A stretch of DNA of 64,000 nucleotides from an uncultured Solirubrobacteraceae bacterium (GCA_963717415.1 OY970331.1:730709-794708), one strand, 5' to 3'. Numbered from the stretch's first letter, positions 48,860-59,204 are shown. Numbers and translations are program-made. The notes: generated by a model not told the origin, from the sequence alone.

Positions 48860-51022
48860 GCACGACCACGGCACCCCGCGTTGCCTTGCCCGCCAGGGAG
48901 CCGATACAAGCACAGAACGCACGTCGGGCCGATTGGCCGGCTCGGCCGCTACACCGCCACGCACCTTCGCACGGTGCTCCTCGGATGGCTCGTGGTGGCG
49001 GTCGTGCTTGGGTTCTTCGCGCCGCGGGTTGAGACCGCACTCTCTGGCGCCGGCTGGGAAGCGAGCGGCTCGCAGTCGGCTCAGGCCCGCAAGCTGGTCG
49101 AACGAGACTTCGCCGGCCTCGGCAGCTACGGGCTCGAGACGGTCGTCTACTCCCCGACTGAAACCGTCGCCTCCCCGGCGTTCAAGTCGGCGATCATGCG
49201 CGTCGAACGGACGCTGCGCGCAAACAGCGCCGTGCGGACTGTGGTCGCGCCCGCACCCGGGCTGTCGATCTCCCGTGACGGCCACACCGTCATAGTGCAG
49301 GCTGGGGCCGCCAAGAATCCCAACGAAATGGTCGCGGCGGCCGACAAACTGAAGGGAACCCTCCACGGGCTCTCGACTAGCACGGTGGTGGTCAACCTCA
49401 CCGGCGCTGCGGGGATGTGGTCTGACTTCAACGCCGCCAACCGCTCGGCGATGCTCAAATCCGAGGTCATCTCCTGGCCGGTGACGCTCGGCATCATGCT
49501 GCTCGCATTCGGCTCGCTCGTCGCCGCAGGGCTGCCGCTGATGCTGACCATGGTCGGCCTGCTCTCCGCCGCCGGAGTCCTCTACCTCGGAACCAAGATC
49601 ATGCCGATCTCGATCTGGGCAATGAACTTCGCGCTGATGTTCGCGCTCGCGCTTGGGATCGACTACGCCTTGTTCCTAGTGATGCGCTTCCGCGGCGCGC
49701 TCTTCGGATCAGAGCTTGACCCGGTCGACGCGACAGCGATCACAATGGATACGGCCGGCAAGGCCGTCCTGTTCAGCGGTGTGACCGTCCTCATCTCCCT
49801 CACCGCAGTAATGCTCGTCCCCAGCCCTGCCTTTCGCAGCATGAGCCTGGGCATCATGCTCGCAGTCATCTTCGTGCTCGCCGCGACGCTTACGTTGCTG
49901 CCAGCGGTGCTGGCCAAGCTCGGCCCGAAAGTCGACAACCTGGCCCTGCCGTGGGCACACAGCGGTGAGCACCGCTCGGCGCGGTTCGCGGCCTGGGGCG
50001 AACACCTGTGGAGTCACCCCTGGCGATACGGGATCCCTGCGCTGGTAATCCTGCTCGCGCTCGCCTACCCGGTGACGCAGCTGAAGACCTCGATGCCCTC
50101 GATCAAGGTCGTCCCGACCAGCGACTCCTCACGCATCGGCTACACCCAGGTCCAAGCCGCCATGGGTCCGGGGGCCACCGGCCCGCTGCAGCTCATCACA
50201 CCCGCGGCTAACGCCGAGAAGGTCACCGCGATCGCGAAGGCAGACCCGGGCATCGCACAGGTCATGCCGTCCCAGCCCGGCGCAGGCGGCCTTGCCCTGG
50301 TCACGGCCATCCCGCACCAGGACCCGTCGAACCCCGCCGTCGGCACAACGATCGACCGGCTCCGCAGCGAGGTGCCCGCAGGCACAGCGCTTGGCGGCGC
50401 CGTCGCCGAAAACCATGACCTGCAGAAACTGCTCTCCGCGAAGACCTCACTCGTGATCGGAGTCGTGTTGGCACTCGGGTTCCTGCTGCTGCTATTCGCG
50501 CTTCAGGCGCCGCTTCTCGCCGCAGCCGGCGTGCTGACCAACCTGCTCGCCACCGGAGCCGCGTTCGGCGTCTCCAAGTGGATCTTCCAGGACGGTGCCC
50601 TGCACTCGCTGCTCGGTTTCCAGCCGCAGGGCTTCCTCGACGCCTGGGGACCGGTGTTCTTCTTCGCGATGATCTTCGCGATCTCCATGGACTACACGAT
50701 GTTCCTACTCTCCTCCGCCAAGGAGCACTGGGACCACAGCAAAAGCGCTAAGAACGCGATGGTCAACGGGATGGCGCACTCCGGACGCGTGATCTTCGCC
50801 GCCGCTGCGGTGATGGTCGCCGTGTTCTTCACATTCGCGCTCTCGGGGCCGCTGCCGCCCAAGGAGATGGGGATCATCCTCGGCTTAGCGGTGCTGCTCG
50901 ACGCGGCCCTCGTCAGGCTGCTCCTGCTCCCGGTGCTGCTCCGGCTCATGGGCGCGCGCGCGTGGTACCTGCCCAACTGGATGCGCCGTGTCCTGCCCGA
51001 CGTGCGCTTCGGACACTCGTGA
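48856..51022 (+). CDS. MMPL (RND) family transporter; probable frameshift near 48920
   Basis: LAFGSLVAAGLPL, LGIDYALF, TAGKAVLFSG, ISMDYTMF, SGRVIFAAA; the RBS-supported ATG 48856 is out of frame with the body (48881-51022). Confidence 0.85.
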
Positions 51023-51114
51023 GCGATCATCCGCGGCTCCGCAGTTTTCCGCAGTCACCGCGCGGCGTAATCCCCTTGGAGCAGTGAGCGCCAGCGGCCA
51101 GGATGGTTGATGCG

Positions 51115-52377
51115 ATGACACAGAGAATCGTCGTTCTCGGCGGTGGCACTGGAGGGACGCTGCTCGCCAACCGGCTAGCACGGCGCTTTGGCCAAGAAGC
51201 GCAGATCACGGTCATCGACCGCGACGACACCCATATCTACCAGCCTGGGCTGCTGTTCGTTCCATTCGGGCTCGCGGAGCCCGATGAGATCGTCCGGCCT
51301 CGGCACGCCCAGCTTCGCGCCAGCATCGACTTCCGCCTCGCCGAGGTCGAGAACGTCGACCTCGCCAAGAACACCGTCCATCTCCTTGGTGGCCCGGATA
51401 TCCCTTATGACGTGCTGGTGATCGCCACTGGCGCAACGCTTCAACCCCAGGAGACCGAGGGCCTTGAGGGACCCGAGTGGGGCCGCTCGATCCACACCTT
51501 CTACTCGCTTCAGGGCGCAACCGCCCTACGGAGCGCTCTTGATGGCTTCGACGGGGGCCGTCTGGTGGTCAACGTGATCGACATGCCGATCAAGTGCCCA
51601 GTGGCCCCGCTGGAGTTCTGCTTCCTCGCCGACTGGCAACTACGCGAGCGTGGCTTCCGCGACGATGTCGAGCTCACGTTCGTCACGCCACTCGACGGGG
51701 CGTTCACGAAGCCGGTCGCCTCCGCGCACCTGGACGCGCTGCTGGCCGAGCGCGGCATCCGGGTCGAGTCCGAATTCGCGACGGGCCGCGTCGATGCTGC
51801 TGCACGGCGGCTGTACAGCTGGGACGAGCGCGAGATCGACTACGACCTGCTGGTCACGATCCCCGTGCACGGAGGCCCTGGGTACATCGCGCGCTCGGAG
51901 GGCTTGGGCGATGCGCTCGGGTTCGTACCGGCCGATCGCCACACGCTCCAGGCAAAGGCCGCGCCGAACGTCTTCGCGATCGGCGACGCCGCCGACGTGC
52001 CGACCTCAAAGGCCGGCTCGGTCACCCACTTCGAGGGAGAGACAGTGGCGGAGAACATCCAGCGATTCCTTGCGGGCGACGAATTGACCGGGTACTACGA
52101 CGGTCATGCGAACTGCTTCATCGAGACGGGCTTTCACAAGGCGCTGCTGATCGACTTCGACTACGAGACCGAGCCGCTGCCTGGCCGCTACCCCGAGCCA
52201 CGCCTCGGCCCGCTTCCGTTGCTGGCCGAGTCGAGGCTCAACCACCTGGCCAAGCTCGCGTTCCAGCCGCTCTACTGGCACGTGCTGCTGCCGGGGCACG
52301 ACATACCCGGCGTCAGCGCGTCGTTTCACTCTGGCGCCGCACGGTTGGTGCCCCAGGCATCGGGAGGTGCTCGATGA
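51115..52377 (+). CDS. sqr: sulfide:quinone oxidoreductase (type III/SqrC-like FAD oxidoreductase)
   Basis: GGGTGG FAD motif, HIYQPG, IKCPVAPLEF, FAIGDA..TSKAG, YDGHANCFIETG. Confidence 0.85.
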   Translation: MTQRIVVLGGGTGGTLLANRLARRFGQEAQITVIDRDDTHIYQPGLLFVPFGLAEPDEIVRPRHAQLRASIDFRLAEVENVDLAKNTVHLLGGPDIPYDVLVIATGATLQPQETEGLEGPEWGRSIHTFYSLQGATALRSALDGFDGGRLVVNVIDMPIKCPVAPLEFCFLADWQLRERGFRDDVELTFVTPLDGAFTKPVASAHLDALLAERGIRVESEFATGRVDAAARRLYSWDEREIDYDLLVTIPVHGGPGYIARSEGLGDALGFVPADRHTLQAKAAPNVFAIGDAADVPTSKAGSVTHFEGETVAENIQRFLAGDELTGYYDGHANCFIETGFHKALLIDFDYETEPLPGRYPEPRLGPLPLLAESRLNHLAKLAFQPLYWHVLLPGHDIPGVSASFHSGAARLVPQASGGAR

Positions 52378-52691
52378 CGACGGTCACGCTCGCCGGCTCG
52401 CCGATCGAGGTCGACGCCGAGGGATTCCTCGCGCATGCAGAGCAGTGGAACGAGCAGATCGCCGAGGAGATCGCTCACGACAACGGCATCGAGCAACTCA
52501 GCGACCGCCACTGGCAGGTCGTCAACTTCATGCGCAAGACCTACCTGGAGACCGGCTCGGCGCCCTCGATCCGCACTCTCGGCAAGACCTCCGGAGTACC
52601 GATCAAGGAGCTCTACGAACTGTTCCCCAAAGGCCCCGCCAAGCTCGCCGCGAAGATCGGTGGCATCCCCAAGCCGCGCGGCTGCATCTAA
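52374..52691 (+). CDS. tusE: TusE/DsrC-family sulfur relay protein (single C-terminal Cys)
   Basis: VDAEGFL..W..HWQVVNFMR..LYELFPKGPAKLAAKIGGIPKPRGCI; ATGA overlap with sqr. Confidence 0.9.
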   Translation: MTTVTLAGSPIEVDAEGFLAHAEQWNEQIAEEIAHDNGIEQLSDRHWQVVNFMRKTYLETGSAPSIRTLGKTSGVPIKELYELFPKGPAKLAAKIGGIPKPRGCI

Positions 52692-52728
52692 GACCCTCCC
52701 TTCGCAAGCCCCAAAGATAGAGGCGCAC

Positions 52729-53199
52729 ATGAGCGACACCACCATCGAGAAGGTCTCCATCATCATCTCCAAGGGTTCGCTCGAGGGGATCTACCCCGGT
52801 CTGATCATGGCCAATGGAGCCCGCATGGAGGGCATCGAGGCGAACCTCTTCTTCACCTTCTTCGGGCTGGACGCGATCAACAAGGCAAAGCACGAGCACG
52901 TCAAGGTGGCGACAGTGGGCAACCCCGGCCTGCACCTCGCCACCTGGGCCGGCGGCTTTCCAGGCATGTCAGCGCTCGTCACCCACCAGCTCGCCGAGGA
53001 GATGGAGAAGCTCGACATCCCGCCGATTCCCGAGTTCGTCGAGATGATCGCCGACTCGGGCGCCGGACTGTACGCCTGCAAGGCATCGGTGGACCTGTTC
53101 AAGCTCAGCAGCGACGACTTCATACCCCAGGTTCAGGAGATCATCACCGTCGGCGAGTTCTACGCCCTGGCGAGCGGCGGCCAGATCATCTTCACGTGA
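52729..53199 (+). CDS. DsrE2/DsrE/DrsH-like sulfur carrier protein
   Basis: LFFTFFGLDAI..IPEFVEMI..LYACKASVDLF. Confidence 0.88.
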   Translation: MSDTTIEKVSIIISKGSLEGIYPGLIMANGARMEGIEANLFFTFFGLDAINKAKHEHVKVATVGNPGLHLATWAGGFPGMSALVTHQLAEEMEKLDIPPIPEFVEMIADSGAGLYACKASVDLFKLSSDDFIPQVQEIITVGEFYALASGGQIIFT

Positions 53200-53819
53200 G
53201 CTAGCCGCTCGGGGAGCTCTCTGGTGGAATCACGCTTAGTTCGGCAGCTCGGAGAGGAGCGACACGGCCCCGCCGATAACGCTCTCGGCCGCCGCACATG
53301 CCGCCGGCCGATCGAGCGCTGCCGGATCGCCTAGCCCCGACGCCGGGAATCCCGCTTGGCGTCGTAGCCGATCTCGAACTCGCCCAAAGTCCGGGCGATG
53401 CTCGCCCGAGCGCGCCAGGTCGACGACCTGCTCCCCCTGGTCCTCGAGAGACGTGCTCCTCGCCAATGGGAGGGAGCGCGTCGCGCCCGCTCTCGCGGCC
53501 GAGCGAGCGTCTGAACTGAGCCCTCGCTGACGCTCACAGCGGACGACCTGGGGCACTGACGCCAGCGGACGACGGACTGTCGCAATGCGCCGAGCAAGCG
53601 GGCGTCTGCCTGATCTCAGTCGACGCGCCTGAGCCTCGTCCACGGCGACAGCGTGGGCGAAGCACACGGCGGCCTCTTTGTGGCGGAAGGGAGCACTCTC
53701 GCTCGCCAGCAGGACCAGTGTCAGCAATTCGGCCGCCTGCGGCTCGGTCGTCGAGACCCGAATGCGCGTCTAGCGGTCAATCCTAGTATGCGCATCAATG
53801 GGCTGATAGGGTTCAAGTC

Positions 53820-54653
53820 ATGGGCAGGGTGGCGTTGGTGACCGGTGCAACGCAGGGGCTTGGCTTTGCGCTGGTCGAGTCCCTGGCAGCCCGGCTCGAG
53901 AGTGAGGACATCGTGTATCTGACCGGTCGCAACGCCGCTCGGCTCGCCGCCGCGCAAGCTAGCCTCGGGCCGGGCCGCGCCCGAGTCCAACTCGAGTTGC
54001 TTGATGTCTCGCGTGAGGAGGCTTTCGCGGAGACCGCGGCGAGGCTCGTCGACCGCCATGGCTCACTCGACATCGTGATCTCGAACGCCTACAGCCGTGT
54101 CCTGCCACAGGATCGACCCGCTCAGGTCATCGGTAGCTACACCGAGACGAACAACCTCGGCACTACACGCGTCTTGTGTGCCTTCGCCCCAACCCTCGAC
54201 GACGGCGGAACCCTGCTTGTGGTCGCGAGTACGCTCGGCACCTTGCATTACCTCGCACCTGTCCTTCACGAGCGCTTCGACGAGCTCGAGACACTGGAGG
54301 ACGCCGACGCTGCGGTGCGAAGATGGCGGGAGGCCGTGCAGGATGGAAGTGCGCTGGCCGAGGGATGGCCAGCGTTCGTCAACATACCCTCCAAGATCGC
54401 CCAGGTGGGTGCGGTGCGAGCCCTCGCACGGCAGCGGCGGGAATCAGACCTCGAGCGCGGCATCCTGTTGGCGTCGGTCTGTCCCGGGATGATCGACACG
54501 GGCGCCTCGCGTCCCTGGTTCGACATGAGCCATGCTCAAACTCCCGCCCAGGCCGCCGGACCGATCGTCGACCTCGCGCTTCGCTGCTCGCTCGACGCAA
54601 GTCTGTATGGGGAGCTCATACGGTTCGGCCAAGTCCTGCCATGGAAGCCGTGA
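53820..54653 (+). CDS. SDR family oxidoreductase (carbonyl-reductase-like, atypical active site)
   Basis: TGATQGLG, ISNA, WPAFVNIPSK, VCPGMIDT; TAGGGT 7 nt before ATG. Confidence 0.85.
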   Translation: MGRVALVTGATQGLGFALVESLAARLESEDIVYLTGRNAARLAAAQASLGPGRARVQLELLDVSREEAFAETAARLVDRHGSLDIVISNAYSRVLPQDRPAQVIGSYTETNNLGTTRVLCAFAPTLDDGGTLLVVASTLGTLHYLAPVLHERFDELETLEDADAAVRRWREAVQDGSALAEGWPAFVNIPSKIAQVGAVRALARQRRESDLERGILLASVCPGMIDTGASRPWFDMSHAQTPAQAAGPIVDLALRCSLDASLYGELIRFGQVLPWKP

Positions 54654-55099
54654 CCAGTTCCAGCAGTCTCTCACGCACCGACGAGAGCCTTGGCAAGCTT
54701 CTCAAGCGCAGCGAGCAGACGCTGCTTAGAGCCAAGAGTGCTGCCGTGAAGACCGTCGGGCTGACGCTCGCCCAGTACGTGGCCCTGGCAGAGCTCGCAG
54801 AGCTGCCAGGGATCACCGGTGCCGAGCTCGCACGTGCGTGTCTGGTGAGCCCGCAGGCAATGATGGTCGTCCTCAGGGCGATGGAGGAGCAAGGACTGGT
54901 CGAGCGAACACAACACCCGCGTCATCAGACGGTGCTGGAGATCCATCTCACGAGCGTCGGTCGCGAGGCCCTGAGCGCGGCACGGAAACGCGCCGAGCCA
55001 ATCGAACAGCGGATCACCAAGGTGCTATCAAAGGGGGAGATCGGTACGCTGCGAGCGCTGCTGCGGCGATGCATCGAGGCCGTCGAGGACACTGCGTAA
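54650..55099 (+). CDS. MarR family regulator
   Basis: GLTLAQYVAL..AELARAC.VSPQAM..LVER..LT..G; GTGA overlap with the SDR. Confidence 0.9.
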   Translation: MTSSSSLSRTDESLGKLLKRSEQTLLRAKSAAVKTVGLTLAQYVALAELAELPGITGAELARACLVSPQAMMVVLRAMEEQGLVERTQHPRHQTVLEIHLTSVGREALSAARKRAEPIEQRITKVLSKGEIGTLRALLRRCIEAVEDTA

Positions 55100-55647
55100 C
55101 GGCGCCAAAGGAGTCCGAGATTCCCCTGAGCTTCGGCGACGATACTGTCGCTCGCCGCGGGGAGGCAGGATTTGAAAAGAACCTGCGACCGCCCGGCCCC
55201 CGGCCAGCTGCACGAAGCACGCCACATTGCACCCATAGGCCAGAGAACGAGCCGCGTCGTCACGAACTTGGCGATTTGCAAGAAAAGCGGCGTCAACGAC
55301 GGCTAGATCTGCCTTCGTCCTCGCGCGGGTATCAGTGCCCGGCCGCCGATCTCGTGACCCGTGTTGTCCGGTTCCAGCAGCCTCCCGACGACCAGGCGCA
55401 CCGCGGATGAGGTGGCTCCTCCGCGACGAGGACCGACTGCGGGGTTTGGTGCGATCCGGAGTGCTGCTTTTTCGCGGCGACCAATAGCGACATTGCGTCG
55501 CGTCAGCCACGAAATGTCGCGCGCCGCGATCGACCGTCAGGAGGCGTCGCTTGCGCGCGCTTCCGGGCACTAGGGGCCGCTCGCGAAACTACTGACCACA
55601 TTTGTATTGCGGTCGGGATCACCGCGACGCTAGGTCGCGAACAATTG

Positions 55648-55762
55648 CCCTGTAAATCCCCCGAATTAGTGGAGCCAACCGGGATCGAACCGGTGACCTC
55701 CTGCTTGCAAAGCGTCCGCTCGCCCGCCCAATTTCGGCGCTGAACGTCGCTGATTTACAGGG
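55648..55762. repeat. 11-bp perfect inverted repeat enclosing a tRNA-Ala fragment
   Basis: ccctgtaaatc (55648-55658) and gatttacaggg (55752-55762). Confidence 0.75.
55670..55713 (-). other. tRNA-Ala(TGC) 3' half (att-site relic)
   Basis: Reverse complement gcttTGCaagcaggaggtcaccggttcgatcccggttggctcca; no 5' half. Confidence 0.8.
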
Positions 55763-56028
55763 ATTTCCGCTTACCTGCCTTGGTGCGAGGATCGGGGCGG
55801 ATGCCAGTGGATCATCGGCGATTATCGCCGTTTCGGGCACTTTCGGCGATGAGTGCCTGAACGATGACCCTTGAGTCCGTAGGCTAGACGGCTGCCGAGC
55901 ACGAGCTAAACGAGGGGGTGTGGTATGCCGCTTCCGTTGAAAGCGCGCGCGCGTCCCCGACCAACGAGAGGCCTGGATCTCGTCCTCTGTAACGCTTCGG
56001 TATCCGCATGCGACTGTCGGAGGTCCCA

Positions 56029-57981
56029 ATGTCCCAATCCACCAAGGCGACGCTGACCTGGCATCGAGTTCTCTCGCTCGATGAGCTTCCAGACGGCCGG
56101 GTCAAGACCGTCGCGGCGGGGCACCACAGCCTGGCCGTGACTCACTTCGAGGGCCGCTATGCCGCGCTCAGCAACCGCTGTCCGCACCAGGGGGGCCCGC
56201 TCGGGGAGGGCTCGATCGAGAAGGGAATGCTGCGCTGCCCCTGGCATGGCTATGACTACTGCCCGCTGACCGGCGAGTCGCCCTTCGGCGATTCGGTTCC
56301 CACCTTTCCGGTCCAGGAGCGCGACGACGGCATCTACATCGGGATCGAGGCCGACCGGCCACACGTCGCGACGGTCAGCGATGTCATGGCACAGACGCTC
56401 GTCAATTGGGGAGTGAGCCACGTCTTCGGCATGGTCGGCCATTCCAATCTCGGGCTCGCGGATGCGCTGCGCCGCCAGGAAGAAGCGGGCCGACTCCGCT
56501 ACATAGGCATCCGCCACGAGGGTGCCGCCGCGTTCGCGGCGTCCGCCTATGGCAAGCTCACAGGTCGGCCCGCGGCGTGTCTGACGATCGCTGGCCCCGG
56601 CGCGACCAACCTGCTCACCGGCCTATGGGATGCCAAGGTGGACCGCTCGCCCGTGATCGCGCTCACGGGGCAGGTCGACACCCAGGTGCTCGGCCCCGGA
56701 GCCTTCCAGGAGGTGGACCTCGCTGGCGCATACGGGTCGGTCGCGGCTTGGAGTCAGACCGTCCTTGAGACCAGCAAGCACGCCGAGCTGATGACCCTGG
56801 CATGCAAGCATGCAATTCTTCGCCGAGACGTCGCGCACCTGATCTTCCCCGACGAGGTTCAGACGCTTCCCGCCGGGGATGAGCAGCCTTCAGGACCCCA
56901 GGGGCGACTAACGCCTCTTCAGATAACACCGCCGGCCGAGTCGCTCGATCAGGCCATCGACCTGCTCGGCAGTGCCAAACGACCGGTGATCATCGTCGGG
57001 CATGGGGCGCGCTTTGACATGGACACGATCACATCGCTCGCGGAGCGGCTGGGCGCGCCAGTGATCACCACGTTCAAGGCCAAGGGGCAGATCACCGATG
57101 GGCACCCCTTGGCATGCGGCGTGCTGGGGCGCAGCGGCACGCCTGTCGCCAGCTGGTTCATGAACGAATGCGACGCGATGCTCGTGCTCGGCGCCTCGTT
57201 CTCCAACCACACGGGGATCTATGCCGGCAAGCCGATCGTCCAGGTCGACTTCGACGCGCTCCAGCTTGGGAAGTTCCATCCGGTCGCAGTTCCGGTGTGG
57301 GGCGAGGTAGGCGTGACGGTGTCACTGCTTGCGCAGCGCCTCCCCGACGGGCCCGCGGATCGCGTTGACCAACGGCCCGAGCTGGCGGAACGCTGGAGGA
57401 TTTGGCGGGCGGAGAAGCGCAGCCGCGAGGGCGACGACCGTGGCCTTGGAGTGAACTCGGCCTCCGTATTCGCCGCGCTGAACCGCCACATCCCCGAGCG
57501 AGCTGTGATCGCCGTTGACGTCGGCAACCACGCCTACTCCTTCGGACGCTACTTCGAGTCAAAGCCTGGTCAGAGCGTCCTCATGTCCGGCTATCTCGGC
57601 TCGATCGGCTTCGGCTACCCGGCCGCGATCGGCGCCTGGGCCGCGGCGCCAGACCGGCCCACCTTCGTCGTCACCGGCGATGGCGGCTTTGCGCAGTACA
57701 TGGCCGAGCTGCTCACCGGGGTCAAGCACGAGATGAACATCACCCACGTGCTCCTCAACAACGGGCAGCTCGGCAAGATCTCAAAGGAGCAGCGCGCTGG
57801 TGACTGGGACGTCTGGCAGACCTCGCTGCACAACCCCGACTTCTCCCGCTACGCCGAGATCTGTGGCGCCTTCGGCGTCCGCGTGACCGATTCCGGTCAG
57901 CTCGATGACGCGCTCACGGACGCGATTGCCCACGATGGGCCGGCGCTCGTGGAGGTCATGACCGATCCCGAGCTCGTTTGA
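56029..57981 (+). CDS. Rieske [2Fe-2S] + TPP-dependent enzyme fusion (pyruvate oxidase/AHAS-like)
   Basis: CPHQ..CPWH Rieske ligands; IRHEGAAAF, GPGATN, TGDGG..NN TPP motif; RBS GGAGG. Confidence 0.9.
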   Translation: MSQSTKATLTWHRVLSLDELPDGRVKTVAAGHHSLAVTHFEGRYAALSNRCPHQGGPLGEGSIEKGMLRCPWHGYDYCPLTGESPFGDSVPTFPVQERDDGIYIGIEADRPHVATVSDVMAQTLVNWGVSHVFGMVGHSNLGLADALRRQEEAGRLRYIGIRHEGAAAFAASAYGKLTGRPAACLTIAGPGATNLLTGLWDAKVDRSPVIALTGQVDTQVLGPGAFQEVDLAGAYGSVAAWSQTVLETSKHAELMTLACKHAILRRDVAHLIFPDEVQTLPAGDEQPSGPQGRLTPLQITPPAESLDQAIDLLGSAKRPVIIVGHGARFDMDTITSLAERLGAPVITTFKAKGQITDGHPLACGVLGRSGTPVASWFMNECDAMLVLGASFSNHTGIYAGKPIVQVDFDALQLGKFHPVAVPVWGEVGVTVSLLAQRLPDGPADRVDQRPELAERWRIWRAEKRSREGDDRGLGVNSASVFAALNRHIPERAVIAVDVGNHAYSFGRYFESKPGQSVLMSGYLGSIGFGYPAAIGAWAAAPDRPTFVVTGDGGFAQYMAELLTGVKHEMNITHVLLNNGQLGKISKEQRAGDWDVWQTSLHNPDFSRYAEICGAFGVRVTDSGQLDDALTDAIAHDGPALVEVMTDPELV

Positions 57982-58008
57982 GGGCAGCGCTCTCAGCGGT
58001 GGTCCGGC

Positions 58009-58758
58009 TCAGCGGTAATCCGGGTTGGCGAAGTCAAAGCGGCAGCCGGCGTCCCATGCCGAGCGCTGGTTGCCGTGAGCAGGAATCCCCCCTGCGTCCT
58101 TGAGCATGCGCGCGAGATGGAGCAGATTCCACGTCATGAAGGTCGTGTTGCGATTGGTGAAGTCGTTCTCCGGGCCGCCCGAGCCGGGGTCCAAGTAGCT
58201 CGGTCCGGGGCCCGCCTCGCCCAGCCATCCGGAGTCGGCCTGCGGTGGGATCACGTAGCCGAGGTGCTGGAGTGAGTAGAGGATATTCATCGCGCAGTGC
58301 TTGGCGCCATCCTCGTTGCCCGTGATGAGACAGCCGGCGGTCCGCCCGTAGTAGGCGTATTGGCCGTGCTCGTTGAGCAGGTGACTGTTGCCGTAAAGGC
58401 GCTCGATGACCTGCGTGCAGACGGAGGATTTCTCGCCGAGCCAGATCGGGGACAGCAGAACCAGGATGTCGGCCGCGATGACCTTCTCGAAGATCGCCGG
58501 CCAGTCGTCGCGCTCCCAGCCGTGCTCGGTCATGTCGGGCTGAACGCCTGTCGCAATCGCGTGATCGACCGCGCGGATTACCTCGACAGAGACGCCGTTG
58601 CGCTCCATGATCGCCACCGACAGGTCCGCGAGCGCGCGGGTGTTAGAGGCCTCCGGGGAGCGCTTGAGCGTGCAGTTGATGTACAGAGCGCGCAGATCGG
58701 AGAAGTCCCAGATCGACTCCTCGCAGAGCTGCTCGTGCCGGGGAGTGAGATGGCCCAT
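58009..58758 (-). CDS. flavodoxin family (NADPH-dependent FMN reductase-like) protein
   Basis: NCTLKRSP..SNT, ADILVLLSPIWLG, TGNEDG. Confidence 0.88.
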   Translation of the reverse strand: MGHLTPRHEQLCEESIWDFSDLRALYINCTLKRSPEASNTRALADLSVAIMERNGVSVEVIRAVDHAIATGVQPDMTEHGWERDDWPAIFEKVIAADILVLLSPIWLGEKSSVCTQVIERLYGNSHLLNEHGQYAYYGRTAGCLITGNEDGAKHCAMNILYSLQHLGYVIPPQADSGWLGEAGPGPSYLDPGSGGPENDFTNRNTTFMTWNLLHLARMLKDAGGIPAHGNQRSAWDAGCRFDFANPDYR

Positions 58759-58775
58759 CGCCCGATCGGACCCTA

Positions 58776-59204
58776 TCAGCGCGTCTCCGTGGCCAGCTCA
58801 AGGTCGAGCGCGGCGGAGTTGATGCAGTAGCGCTGGCCGCTGGGCCCCGGTCCGTCGTCGAAGACATGGCCGAGATGCGAATCGCAGTTGCGACAGCGAA
58901 CCTCCGTGCGGATCATGCCGTGGCTCTCGTCGGAGAGCAACACGACGTTCTCGGCAATCGCGGGCTCGGTGAAGCTCGGCCAGCCCGTGCCCGACTCGAA
59001 CTTGGTCTCAGAGCTGAAGAGCTCATGGCCGCAGGCCGCGCAGCGGTATATCCCATCGTCCTTGGAGAGCGCGTACTCCCCGGTGAACGGCGGCTCGGTC
59101 CCGCCGCGACGCAAGATCTCGTACTGTTGCGGCGTGAGCTCCTCGCGCCACTGCTCATCGGTCTTGACGGCCTTGGGGTTCACGGCTTCGGTCTTGGGAT
59201 TCAC
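58776..59204 (-). CDS. msrB: peptide-methionine (R)-S-oxide reductase
   Basis: [30 protein letters not shown]. Confidence 0.95.
   Translation of the reverse strand: MNPKTEAVNPKAVKTDEQWREELTPQQYEILRRGGTEPPFTGEYALSKDDGIYRCAACGHELFSSETKFESGTGWPSFTEPAIAENVVLLSDESHGMIRTEVRCRNCDSHLGHVFDDGPGPSGQRYCINSAALDLELATETR

Noticed and set aside
52374-53199. dsrC/dsrE as evidence for dissimilatory sulfite reduction or reverse Dsr
   Set aside because: No dsrAB or dsrMKJOP in the window, and the DsrC-like protein lacks the second conserved Cys (AKLAAK), so it is TusE-like
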